Shown here one piece after another: positions 52,801 through 64,000 of a DNA stretch of 64,000 bases. Each line of letters opens with the position of its first letter. The stretch's first letter is position 1. The stretch is from Atractiella rhizophila (Eukaryota): NCBI GenBank assembly GCA_021432655.1, contig MU271324.1, forward strand, positions 1-64,000, in the 5' to 3' direction. Below the pieces are notes generated by a model that did no database searches, was not told the DNA's origin, and saw nothing but the letters and a program-made list of their open reading frames with translations. The translations under genes and the position numbers were made by a program.

Positions 52801-53199
52801 GATGTGGACCAGGAGAATGGGGTCTCGTTCCCCGTTCCAACCTCGACATCCCAGCACAACATTTTGTGAGCCGGGAGTAGGCGCTCGTGTGTCTTAGGCG
52901 GTATGTTACCGCTCCTTCATGTGCCATGTATATATGGCAAAAGAGTGAAGGGAAGTTCCAAGAAAACCGAACCAACCCCGACCCCGAAAAGCAAGGAAGA
53001 GCGGCCAACAAACCAAAGCCGGAAAGGGGCAACCCCTGCCCCTCAACCAAATCCCCCACAACTTTCCCTTCCGTGAACTTTCCCACTTCCTTCTCTCTCC
53101 TTTTCGTGGTACGCAACTTCGTGCTGACTTGATTGGTTGGCAGGGCGGTCGCTGCGAGACTACAGACTATGGCAAGACTTGTACATTATTTTACAATAC

Positions 53200-54175
53200 C
53201 CCTCCGCTCTCCAAACGCTGACTTATCTGGTCCGTGATGACAGAGCCTACAGATTTCCCGATGTACGTTCCAGGTCCCCTACTCTCGTGGAATATGTCGT
53301 ATAATGGACTGCTGGTGTGATAACAGAACATCTCCGTAGATGAAGGGTTCCATGATCGAACCGCTCTACGTGATCCTTCAAAGCCTAACACGTATCGGAG
53401 TATGAAAGCAAAGTTGAAGGTTGAAATTTACCTTCGTCGGGTTCATCTCCCTCCCTTTCTCTTATACCCTTAGAATAAAAAGTCAATACGCGCCGACTTG
53501 TGTTGTGAACAGCCGATCCTAGAGTGCTACTCGCACAGGCAGTCGTGAAGCCGTTAGGTACTTGAAGGATAAAGCTGTCAATATTTACGGTAGGCTAGCT
53601 TTCGCAAACAAGCACGTGGGGTTGGAGACTTTCGTTCCTCCCAAACGTGTGTCGACCTCTAGCCTCTCTCATGCGCGTTCTGTCTGACGTTTCCGTTCCT
53701 TTTACGAGAACAGGCGTGCATTCAGACCGTCTAACTTGTCAAAGACGGCGGAACGTACATCTAAGTGGGAATGGGCACCGAGTGCGTTCCAGGCCCCCGT
53801 CACTGCCATCCTCACGAAAGAGGTGACCGTCAAGGTTCTTTCAGTTCAGTCCTCCCTCCTACGTTTTGCACTATAATGTTGTTCTGACGCTTCGTAGTTA
53901 TTGATTTGCTCGATGAATACAGAGCGAGTGTTATGAGTAAGCAAATGATTTGTTCGCTAGCGGCCCTCGTAGACTGCTCAGCCGCTCATCACACATCGCC
54001 TCAAGTTCAGGGATGCAATTCGCATCTTTAAGACAATAAAGACTTGCCAACTCTCTTCTCTGCTGCCTTGATGTCACAAAGTTGAAACCTAGTGACGATA
54101 GTTGGCCCTAGGACGTGAAGAGAGGGGATGAGGAGGACGCGATAAAGACCACCGATGGATACGACGACAATTGAG
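53200..54175 (+). pseudogene. Sorbitol/xylitol dehydrogenase pseudogene B (3' part)
   Basis: 'NISVDEG..MIEPLYV..QSL', 'VKDGGTYI*VGMG', 'ILTKEVTVK', 'PLITHRLKF.DAI..F'. Confidence 0.75.
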
Positions 54176-54916
54176 CCTTGCAGCTACGTGAATGCAACTC
54201 TCGGGCTATTAAGGAATTGAAGGAACACAAAGTACTACACAAAGGGTGGAATGGCACCATTATTACACCACAGCTTCGATCTTCAATGGTAGCTCATTCT
54301 GTTCTCTTGATTAGTCCATCATCGAATGCACAAGTCGTCGTCAACCGTAAGAACAACTAAGGCAAGACTCAAAATGTGAAGGGCTTTTTACATTGTTGGC
54401 ACATTTTGGACGGAACTTGATGTCTTCGGCGCTTTTACAGGGAATCAGTAGAATTGTTTGCATGAGAAAAGGCATCCGTAATACACACAGCCAGCGTCCT
54501 CCTCACAAACCCGGTCTCCCATGCCCTGAAGCTTCCTCAAGGAAATGAAATAATATCAACAGCAATTCTACTTCTTCCCATCCATCGTGAACCCACAAAT
54601 AAACACTGGGAGACTGACTCACTCCACGCGATACGAAATAGCTATGACCTTTACCTCATTCTGTTCTAATAGTGTGTAAGGACAGACTCGGTGCAGACGG
54701 GGTTGTAAGATTGCTGACAACCATCGAGCACGAGGGAGGTGACCTTTATGAGGTGCAGTATGGGGAACGGATGGAGGGATGGCATTGTCCCGAACGAAGT
54801 CCAGCCCTGTTCCTGTCACTCATTTCAATGCTGTGTTCGATGGAGAGGGATTCGAACCACGCACCTTCTTCTCGTATCTTCTCTGGAACACGGGTGAAAT
54901 CTGAGTATCTCCAACA

Positions 54917-56635
54917 TCACTCCTCCCCACCCTCCCTAACCCATATGTATTCATTCTCGTCGCTCACACCAAACTCTCTCAACGTGCTCCTGGCCTTGCA
55001 TATCTCGTCCTCAAGCCACCCTCCAAAGAATAGCTGAACGCGCAAGTTGCGTCTTCTCGTCATCTTCACCTTTTCAGCACCATCCACCGTATCCCCCTCC
55101 TCCTTCAACCTCCTGTCCCCAAAGAACCAGCAGATGAAGGCTGAGAATACGAACCCTGTGAATGCCCAGTCCACCACACAGTATCTAACATCTATGGTTG
55201 CTATTGCTTTTGCATTTCTGAGGGTGTGGAAGAACTGGGAGGAAACGAGGTTTGAAGTTTCCTCACCGCCGTCGAGGTAGACTCGGGCGAGATGTTTGAG
55301 GTGTGAAAAGTTGAGCGGAGTGGGTAGGATAGAGGTCTTTCCATCAGGCAAGTAGGGGACCAGCGTGATCTCGAGATATTCGAGGAGAGGCGGCAGACAG
55401 GAGCCTGAGACGGAGGGAGGAAGGGGACACAGGTTGGAGAGATGCAACGACGTGAGGGTGAGTGGGAGAGAGAGCGATGGGAGAGGAGGGTATGTGCGAA
55501 GCTCTAGGTATTCGAGGTCAGATGATAATTGAAGCCCTGGTGATGTCGACGAGGCAGAGCCCTCCACGTCGGAAGCACTGAAGAATCTGATCCTGTAACC
55601 CATTCTCCGCGTAAAATTCTCAACCTCATCCTTCTTCCACTTTCTCCAACCTTGACCTCGAAACTTTACGTCATCCAACCTCGTCAAGCTTTCAATCGCA
55701 TGCAGCACAATCTTCGCCTCCTCTTCATTCCAAATTGCATCCATCCTCACCTTCGTAACATTTGGCGCACCGGCGATGATGTCTTTCACCATCTCAACGC
55801 TGATGTCATCTCTCTCAAATGAGAGGGATGTCCGCAAACGCCCGGCATTAGGATAAGCTGTCAAACGAGCATGCATCTCCTTCACAGAGACATCTACACT
55901 CAAATATGGGGCTGAAACAGCCTTCCAAAGCTGACAGACGGCGGAAAGTCGCTCGAAGGAAACGAGATATTCATCTTCGAGATCTTCAATGAGCAGTTGA
56001 GGTTCATCAAGTGAAAGGAACTCAAAAATGAGTGAGAGGATCTCAGTAGGAAGGTGTGTGATACTGCATAAACTAATACTTGTAGGTCGAGTTGTGGAGA
56101 GGGAGAGTTGGATGGTTGTCCCCAGACCGGTGGATGGGATGGTTGATTCCTCCCATTCGCTGAGAGGAATGAAACTCTGTTGCTTTTTGGAGTATAGCGC
56201 AACGGGTTCAAAGAGGACCTGAGAGCGATTATCTGGAAGTTGAAAAGTGCATGTGAAGGGCTTCCGAGACAGGCGCTCCAATTCCACGGATGCATGAAGT
56301 TTGGTGTCCCCAAAAGTTACCGTAATACTTCCCGACTCCAACGCGATGCAAAGAATCACTGTACCGTCGAGTTCGACTTCATTTTCGAGATCTTCCAGAG
56401 AGAAGTAGGATGATTTCGATGGCCCATAACGCTCCCTCCAGAATTCAAGAGGCAAGACAAATGTGATCCGGAGCATGTGAATTGATGGAGGTAGACGAGA
56501 AATGAAAGAGGGAAGAATGGAGAGATGTAGCGAACTGCCATGTTGTAATTCTGTTGCGGTGATGAGATGGACCAGTGGGATTGACTCTGTCCCCTGATCA
56601 TCCTTGCATGAAATCGTTGTTTTTCTTTTTTTCAT
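54917..56635 (-). CDS. Intronless F-box domain / LRR-like protein
   Basis: 570-aa open frame; internal F-box 'ITHLPTEILSLIFEFLS..LSAVCQLWKAVS' followed by LxxLxL repeats (LEYLELR, LTSLHLSNL, LEYLEIT). Start uncertain. Confidence 0.8.
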   Translation of the reverse strand: MKKRKTTISCKDDQGTESIPLVHLITATELQHGSSLHLSILPSFISRLPPSIHMLRITFVLPLEFWRERYGPSKSSYFSLEDLENEVELDGTVILCIALESGSITVTFGDTKLHASVELERLSRKPFTCTFQLPDNRSQVLFEPVALYSKKQQSFIPLSEWEESTIPSTGLGTTIQLSLSTTRPTSISLCSITHLPTEILSLIFEFLSLDEPQLLIEDLEDEYLVSFERLSAVCQLWKAVSAPYLSVDVSVKEMHARLTAYPNAGRLRTSLSFERDDISVEMVKDIIAGAPNVTKVRMDAIWNEEEAKIVLHAIESLTRLDDVKFRGQGWRKWKKDEVENFTRRMGYRIRFFSASDVEGSASSTSPGLQLSSDLEYLELRTYPPLPSLSLPLTLTSLHLSNLCPLPPSVSGSCLPPLLEYLEITLVPYLPDGKTSILPTPLNFSHLKHLARVYLDGGEETSNLVSSQFFHTLRNAKAIATIDVRYCVVDWAFTGFVFSAFICWFFGDRRLKEEGDTVDGAEKVKMTRRRNLRVQLFFGGWLEDEICKARSTLREFGVSDENEYIWVREGGEE

Positions 56636-58184
56636 TCTGGGAGATAACACGCTGGACTAGGGCCCACGAACGCACATTAAAAGAGACAACGCGGAGAGAT
56701 CAAATCATGCCTGCAGCGCATCAGTGCATTGTCTAACTGGAACCATCTCGACGCTCTCCGCGCAATGATCAGGCAGATCAGATATCACTACTCGTGAAGA
56801 TGGAGATCCCGGAACTGTTCGTGGGAGTCGATGGATTAGGCGTTCGTTGCAATTAGGACGGATTAGGATGGTGTTGGTGGAAGTGTGCGTCCGGACGTTG
56901 AAGGCTCTAGTTCTCCAGCACTTGACTACCAGACAGTGCTACAGGAGGTCCTAAAATATGTAAAAGTCCTTTGCAATACTAGTACCTAAATTACACTGCA
57001 AATGAAACGAGAGCTAGTGCAGAACGCTCTGATATTGATGCTTCGTTCCGTAATGATTGATTGTGAGAGGAAAGGCTAGATGTGGCTGGGACAGTTACGG
57101 AGGCAGTTACCTATCTGGATGACAGAGGGGGCGGAGGAACTACTTGCGAGAACATAGATGACATTTGAGTCACTAGGGGGAGACAAGAGGGATGGAGGAC
57201 GGAGGCTCACGAACAAGAGAAGGACCAACCTAGATGCCCACTTGTGGTCCCTGATACAACACTGCACACTTTGCCCCCTCTTTCTCCATCAGCCATTTCG
57301 TTGTTGCCCTCAATGTCATGAAGCAAGCGTCGGTGGGAAAGGAGCCATGAAGTGCAAGCCAGAGTGCAACAGAAGGAGGGGATGGGGTGGGAGAGGGAGT
57401 AGGACGGCGGCATGGGGACACGAGGAAGGCATAGGATGACGAGGGATGGCGACGGAGTGCGAACGGAACGACGAGACAAAGTGTGATGCGTATCTCCGAC
57501 ATCCCATCGTGGACCCGTTGTCACTTCTTCTTTCCCTTTCGCTTTCGAACGTTCAACCTCCGGTCCGCGCTCGACTTCCGAGCTACGGGCCTGGTGGAGG
57601 GGTGAGGGCCGGTGGAGTGCGACAGGAGGGGAGTGGGACTGCCAGGAAAGGGGAGCAAGGGACCTAGTGTGCATGGCAGTTAGGACGCTTGGAGCAGGGA
57701 GAGAGGAAGGGAGAAACGAAATACACTGCCAGCAGAAAGAAATGGCCCAATGCGGCCATAATGTGAAAAGGCGGAGGGGTTGGTGGAAGGCGAGATGAAG
57801 GGTGAATGTTGGCAGACAGGGATGCGAGGCAGAGTGAGAGGTTAAGCGAGGTGAAAGGAGATGGCGGAGGGTAGGAGAACGCCGGGACGATCCTTCTCCG
57901 GTCATTCTGCCATCACCAACCACGTTCCCTCTATGCCCCTCTGTCTACCCTTCGCCATTCGATGTGTCCCCCGTGCTCTGTGTTGATATTAAATGACCAG
58001 TATGCGAGAAGTTAAAGGCCGCAGTGGAGAGGGGGGTTCCTGACAAAATCCTACGCCTCCTCCTTTCGCCACTTGCGCACTTGCGCGGTTCCACTTTCGT
58101 CGAGCGTGTTCTGGAACTGTGGCAACTTCTCTTTTGCCACAGGGATCTTAGCTATAAAAGCCTTTCACCTGCAAGTGCGAGACT

Positions 58185-58277
58185 CACACTTATTTGTTAT
58201 CTCGCACTTCGCAGGTAATGTAGTTTCCTTACATACTAAATGCAACACACACTTATTTGTTATCTCGCACTTCGCAG
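58185..58277. repeat. 30-bp exact direct repeat pair with overlapping hairpin
   Basis: CACACTTATTTGTTATCTCGCACTTCGCAG at 58185-58214 and 58248-58277; inverted arms CCTGCAAGTGCGAGA / TCTCGCACTTCGCAGG span 58168-58215. Confidence 0.85.
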
Positions 58278-59669
58278 CGCTAATAAATTTGTCAGTTCCT
58301 TGCCTAGGCAATGGTGGAGAACAAGCCGTGATAGCGAAAGTTGGCGGCGTGAGTTGGGGATTGGCAGCATCGCAGTCTTCCTCTTTCTCCATCACATACC
58401 CCTACGCTTCGCGGTTGTTTTCTGATGTCTAGTGCGAAGCAAGTTGGTTCGAGGTGAAGGACGATGGAAGCGGGCATGAGGGATGGTGTTGGAGAGGGAG
58501 GTGAAACAGGAGGCGTCGGTGGGTGAGAGAAAGCATAGCATGGTTCTCCGTTGTCCATCGCAATGGCCGACCTGCTCTGTCACCTCCGTCCTCTGCTTTC
58601 GCGATCCGACTTTCAAGTTGGCCTTGGCGTTCATTTCGGAGGGCATAGAGGTTAGTGGAGGAGCGAAGGATGATGGGTGGCGAGAGGAGCACGGATGTGA
58701 GGAGAGAGAGACGCCGTAGCGAGAGAACCAACCCGAGGGGGTTACGGGAAGGGGATAGGTCGGAAGGGGTATTGAGACCAGTGCAGGATGGCGCGCACTG
58801 GGCTCCTGCGTCTCCTTTTGCGTCCCACACTTCCCTCGCACTGCTCTCTTGCTTCCTAGCCTCAGCAGCGAAGGTAAGTAGGGACGCTGGGAGCGTCGAG
58901 CAGTGCTGACGCTTGAAAGGGCTGCAGGAGGGAGAGGGGTGAGGAGTGCACAAGGTGAGTAGGCGAGGAACCTAATTCCTATGTCAGTAAGCGCGATTGC
59001 AAAAGACGGAGAAGGGATGGGAAGGTCACCTCTTTCTTTAGTAACTCTTTCTACTATATAGGGCTTTTAGCCTCCCCTTGATCCATTCCCCTGTTTCGCA
59101 CTTTTTTTCCACTCCTTCTTGCCGTACACTGCCTGTCGATTACCTGCTGCTCACACTCTCTTTCGCTGGTTAGCAGCCCAGGCACTTCCTTCTCGGTCAG
59201 TGCCGTCCGTCATTGTGTCGTGTTGTGCTTTGCTCTCCCTTTCCATCTTTGTCATACTTCACCTGCCATTACCACCCATTGTGTTCACAATGCATCTTGA
59301 GATCTTCCCCTTCCTTCCTCTCGCTGATTGTCCCTGTCCATTCATCACTTGCTCGCACCAGAGCTACCGACTAAGTCGGCCCCCGCGTGTGGGAACGGTA
59401 CATGCGCAAAAGTGGGCGGTGGAGGATAGCTACGGCGAAAGAGGATGTGGAGGATAGCGGAGCTGAAGGATGACGGAGTAGGCTGAAACAGGATAGGGAC
59501 ACCAAAACCAGCCAGAGCGAAGGAGACTGTGGACGGAATAGACGACGCGATAGAGGTGAGGCGGAGTGGATTGGGACTGCATGACAGCTCAGGGCGGGAA
59601 GGAGGGAAGGACGGCGGAGGGACGGCGGAAGACCTTAGGCACAGCGGTGTGAGATGTTCGTAGTTGAGG

Positions 59670-61355
59670 AGGACTAACCGACTTTCGCTTTCACCGGTCA
59701 CATTCGCGACGCGGCGCGTTCCGAATATTGAATGGGCAAGAAGCCGTCTGTCATCTTTTTCTTCCTGTGCCCAACTTGCAACTAATCAAATGATGGATGC
59801 AGCATCCACGCAAAGTCGTCGGTGATTCCGACGTCCACGAATGGGAAGATCGCGGATTTCAGCGTCAAAGACGCTATGGTCTAGGGTCACAAAACTGCCG
59901 GCGTAGTCGTTGCTGATACGTCTCCACCTCTCCCCGCTGCCCGCCTCTCATCCTCTTGCTAACAGAAAATGAACATAGTTTGGCCCAAAGTCACATACCT
60001 GAAGAAGGTAGAAGGCATCGCGCTTGAGCATGGTCTTACGACTGCAAAGCGAGAAGTATGAAACGTGCCCCTCCATCGAGGTTTGCAGCTACTCCTCCTT
60101 TCATCCGTCATTCCTCTTCCTTCCGTCCGCTCTGTGCTAGAAGTACGGGGTGCTAACTGCATTGGATGGGCAGAACGGAACTCTCCAAGGGTTCTACGAG
60201 CTCCGCGGCGACTGTACGACCGCTCCATCTCGTCTACTCCTTACTGCCATCGCTGCCCTATCATGTCTGTGCTGGAAGCGCTTACAACTTCAGGATGTGC
60301 GTTCCGTTCCCACTGCGCCATAGAATATCTTCTAAACCAGACCGAATGGATAGAAGGTTTCCCTAGATAAAGAGCGATGGTCGAACGCTCTCGTGGCCGT
60401 CCAAAGCGTAGCACGTATCAGTGGATGAACGTCGTCATCTGCGGGTTCGTCTCCCTCCCCCTTCTCCTCCTCTGTCTGTTGAATAAAAATAACAATGTAG
60501 TTGTAAAGAGCTGGTCCTGTTGGACTCTTCGCAAACTCAGCCGCGAGATGCTAGAAAGACCATAGCCATTGACACCCAAGAGCGTAAGCTGGCTTCCGCG
60601 AAGAGTGTGTGGGGTCGGAGGAGTTTGTTCCTCCTAAACGTGTGTCCCATTCTCACTGTTATGCGTGTTTTGTCTTACGTTTCTTTTTGCGTGTGGCGTG
60701 TTTGCGGTCGTGGTTTAGTGGAGGAGGGAGAGGATAGGATTGCGTATTCGGGGAGGGTCGCGGAGATCATGAAGGAGGTCAAGGTTGCAGACAGGGGATT
60801 GGATGGTATAGACCTGGCCGTAGACTGCATGGGGCTGAGGATCGTTTCTCCGGCACTCCTTTTCCGCACTTTTGGACATTGGTGTATCGATGCACAAATG
60901 ACGAATGAGAACAGGCGTGAATCCAGACCACCCTTTATCTCGTCAAGGACGGCAGAACGTACGTCCTAGTCGGAATGGGCAACGAGTCCGCTAAGGAAGT
61001 GACTACCAAGGGCTCCTTTCGGTCCCTTCTCCCTCTACCCCCTGCACTATAAACATTGTTCTGACGCTTTCTGATTGGTTGCTGATTTTGCGCGATAGAT
61101 ACTGACTAGACGTTTCCGAGCAAGCAAACGATTTGGTCAGCAAAGCCCTTGTAGATTCGAAGCTGCTCATCACTCATAGCCACCGATTCAAACGTGCAAT
61201 CCCTGCCTTCATGACCACTTGGGTTTGTCTCTCCCCTTTTTCACTGTGCAAGTGTGACATTACGAAGACATTGAGTGATGATCCGTCGCTCTAGGAGGCG
61301 AAAGGAGAGGATGGAGGGACTCAAGACCATCATCGATTGATACGACGAAGATTGA
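59670..61355 (+). pseudogene. Sorbitol/xylitol dehydrogenase pseudogene C (near full length)
   Basis: Alignable by eye to copies A and B, e.g. 'GKIADFSVKDAM', 'DCKARSM', 'EGEDRIAYSGRVAEIMKEVKVADRGLDGIDLAVDCMG', 'VKDGRTYVLVGMG'. The 3' flank (61360-61680) also resembles 54180-54490. Confidence 0.85.
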
Positions 61356-61813
61356 GGGTCACAGCTTCGTCAATGTAACTCTTGGGACGACCGTTAAGGC
61401 ATTGAAGGAACAAAAAGATGGGATTTGTACTACAAAGGCTTGAGGAATGATACTACTGCTGTGCCACTTTTCAACTTTGGCCGCCGGTCCTTTTTCCCAA
61501 TCAGTCCATATGAACTTGAATACACCAGGCGTCAAAGTGTCAACCGTAAGAGCAAGTCATACAACTAAGACCTAAGCTGAGCATAACAGATGCTACCTCT
61601 CTCTGGATGGTTTCTCTTGGACGCTTTTACAGGGAATTGATGGACGTGTCGTCACAGAGGAGATGTCCAAAAATACACGTAGAAGGTGTTATGATCTTGG
61701 TTTGCAGTCAACTATTGAACGTTCAAATGTCAGAAACAAACAGCATCAGAAAGGTGTATGAAACGTCTCATGGCAGATAGGTTTCAATCTCAGCGTCAAT
61801 CTCTTTCTCAAAA

Positions 61814-62194
61814 TGTTGGAAATGGGTTATGAAAACAACGGGACATGATCGGTGTTTGCCGTGTTTGCCGCGCGTTCCGAAGCAGAGGCAAACATGTGGC
61901 ACTTCACCGCAAGACCGGTACTATAAAGGAACACCTGCGAAGTCTCTTCCGTCTTTCCCCAATCACTTTATCATCTATTTCATCGTGCTCACGTTTGTGT
62001 GATTGGGGACATTTTAGGTATGTTTGTATGCATTGCAATCAATCACTTTATCATCTATTTCATCGTGCTCACGTTTGTGTGATTGGGGACATTTTAGGTA
62101 TGTTTGTATGCATTGCAATCAATCACTTTATCATCTATTTCATCGTGCTCACGTTTGTGTGATTGGGGACATTTTAGCCCAAGCCAAAATCTCA
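61814..62194 (+). repeat. 5' LTR of a Copia element (381 bp, TG..CA)
   Basis: Starts TGTTGG at 61814, TATAAA at 61922, ends CA at 62193-62194, 2 nt before the PBS. The left boundary is inferred because the 3' LTR is outside the window. Confidence 0.75.
61960..62177. repeat. 80-bp tandem repeat x2.7 inside the LTR
   Basis: Exact copies start at 61960, 62040 and 62120. Confidence 0.97.
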
Positions 62195-62196
62195 TT

Positions 62197-62208
62197 TGGT
62201 AGCGAGAG
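62197..62208 (+). promoter_or_regulatory. Primer-binding site TGGTAGCGAGAG (tRNA-Met-like)
   Basis: TGG start (complement of tRNA CCA) directly after the LTR CA+TT; resembles the initiator-Met PBS TGGTAGCG. Confidence 0.75.
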
Positions 62209-62245
62209 AGCTCGATTACGGTCCGCGAGTAACATCACATCAAAG

Positions 62246-64000
62246 ATGGCTACGGAAGGAAGTACCACGCCAACAGGAGTTACCTCAGGGAGGAGAGATC
62301 CATTCGGGACAGGAGCCTCGACCCCAGGAACAGAGGAGGCACCATTATTCACGACCTCGACTGTCCCATACTCCGTTTCATCTTCCGCGAAAATTGCGTC
62401 CGAAATAAACCTCCCAACGGGATCAGTGCAGACCATTGTTACAAATGAGAAGATCCCTCCTCTCACTCTCCAAAATTCGACCAGATTCTTCCGCTCTCTG
62501 AAGTCCATCCTCGACGCGAACAACGTGGGGATTCTGCTGGATGGCATCGTGACGGAACCAGTCAGCCCTATGTCTGAGGAAGGGCTGACGGTGACGCAGA
62601 TGCAAGAGATGATGTCCAAGGGTCAAACTCCGAAGATAAAGAGTCCAACGGATGAGGAGAATACGGCGTTCATCAAGGCTTTGTCGAACTGGAGACGCAT
62701 GGCGGCAGTTGCGATGATGGTCTTGAAACAATCTGTGGGAGACACGGCGAGGGTGTTCATCGAAGACCAGGTGGATCCGGTGAAGGCCATAAAGATTCTG
62801 AAGGACAAATACGAGACCAAGGAATTCGCTGACACGGCACACCTGTTGCGACAATTCACGAACTTCACCCACGAGTCGAGTAATCTTAGCCTTATCGAAT
62901 GGATCGCAAAATTGCACGAGCGAAGAAGAATATTCAACGAGTCCCAGGACGAACTGACGATCAGCGATACCCTCCTTTCGTATACCCTCGTCAATGGATT
63001 GCGAGAAGAAACCAGAAGGTGGTTGTCCTCAACAGGAGTCAACCAAGCGGATCTCGCATCTGTTGTGAACCGGCTGACGGCAGAAGAAATGGCTTTGAGG
63101 AATAGGGAGGAGGATAGATCAGGAGGCAAAGACGTCGCACTCGTCGCCAGGATTTCACCCCAGCAGACCGCGTCCTCGAACAACGCGGGAAAGAAGAGGG
63201 ACGGCAATGATGGCCGTTCACAACGTCCATTGATCAACAGGATTGCGCCCAATGCCAGGACGATCAAAAATTGGGGAAATTGGCCTCATGGGACGACTGA
63301 AAGGGGACAATTTCGATTGGGAGCGCGGCAATGTTACCACTGCGGGAAGGACGGCCATTTTGGACGGAACTGCAACCTCAATAGGAAGCAACAGGCTGCC
63401 TCCCTCCTTGCTGTTTTTAAACAGTACGACATCGAGATTCCACGAAACGAACTCCATGTCCTCATCGCTACAGTTGCAGATGATCAACATGCAAACCCGA
63501 TACGCGCAACGGACAACAATCCTGCGACGGGGAAACCGTATAACGAGCAGTTGGATGTGGTCTCAGACTATGACCAATCAGTGGGAGTTTATATGGCGGA
63601 AGTCGAGGATGATGACGGGCTGGAAGTGGTCGACTTCGGAGCCTACTTTACATCCTTCGACCTTGACACTTTGAGTCCCTCAGAGATCGAAAATTTCGAC
63701 CCCGAATGCGAAGGATTCGCGTTGATGGCCGGAATAAGTGACGGAGAACAGGTCGAAGGTACGATGCGACCCTTCCACCTGGACAGCGCCGCCTCAATTC
63801 ACCTCACTGTATGCCCATGGCTATTGCACGATTTCAAGGAGCTCGATAAACCAATTGGCATCAAGGGTGCTTGGGGTTCCAAGGGTTTCGCCACAGCGAT
63901 CGGTAACCTCAAAGCTGCGTTCACACTCGACGACGGGACAACGAGCGTTGGGGTGATAAGAAACGTCTACTACGCACCAGGGTTAGGCGTGAATCTCATT
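62246..64000 (+). mobile_element. Ty1/Copia gag-pol ORF (gag, zinc knuckle, protease), runs off the window
   Basis: One frame from ATG 62246 contains CYHCGKDGHFGRNC (CX2CX4HX4C), FHLDSAASIH (aspartic protease) and NVYYAPGLGVNLI (Copia post-protease motif). It is absent from the ORF track because no stop is reached. Confidence 0.95.

Noticed and set aside
57207..57923. 238-aa minus-strand ORF
   Set aside because: Low-complexity Ser/Pro/Leu/His composition from strand skew; no domain recognised.
58185..58277. CRISPR-like 30-bp repeat / 33-bp spacer / repeat
   Set aside because: Only two repeats, eukaryotic context, no cas genes.
61825..61832. GGTTATGA as a Copia half-tRNA PBS
   Set aside because: Not preceded by an LTR CA end; TGGTAGCG at 62197 after CA fits better, placing this motif inside the LTR.
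62149..63490. Minus-strand and alternative-frame ORFs over the Copia region
   Set aside because: Shadows of the gag-pol frame.

Overview
Intron-rich fungal genomic DNA (short ~45-70 nt GT-AG introns, microexons), most consistent with a basidiomycete; the lineage is inferred from style, not verified. 1-10.9 kb is a transposon nest: hAT 3' end, a complete Tc1/pogo (Fot1-like) element with 24-bp TIRs and TA TSD, an intron-bearing RPN5 fragment, a CACTA/EnSpm transposase relic, a second pogo end, tandem arrays and an orphan gene. 11.6-43.6 kb is a housekeeping block: polyol dehydrogenase, TRP1, TRI12-like MFS, HOM6, Zn2Cys6 TF, AIP1, uL23m, F-box-like, NAD(P)-binding protein, SKT5-like. It contains two tandem duplications. 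One is a gap-free 3343-bp duplication that splits off a stand-alone TrpG domain; its divergence is almost all synonymous and its junction base creates a splice donor. The other is a gap-bounded AIP1/uL23m duplication that is probably an assembly artefact. 45-64 kb holds two paralogous uncharacterised membrane proteins, three decayed polyol-dehydrogenase copies, an intronless F-box gene and the 5' part of an apparently intact Copia element whose LTR carries intron-like 80-bp repeats. All calls come from manual reading; no searches were run.
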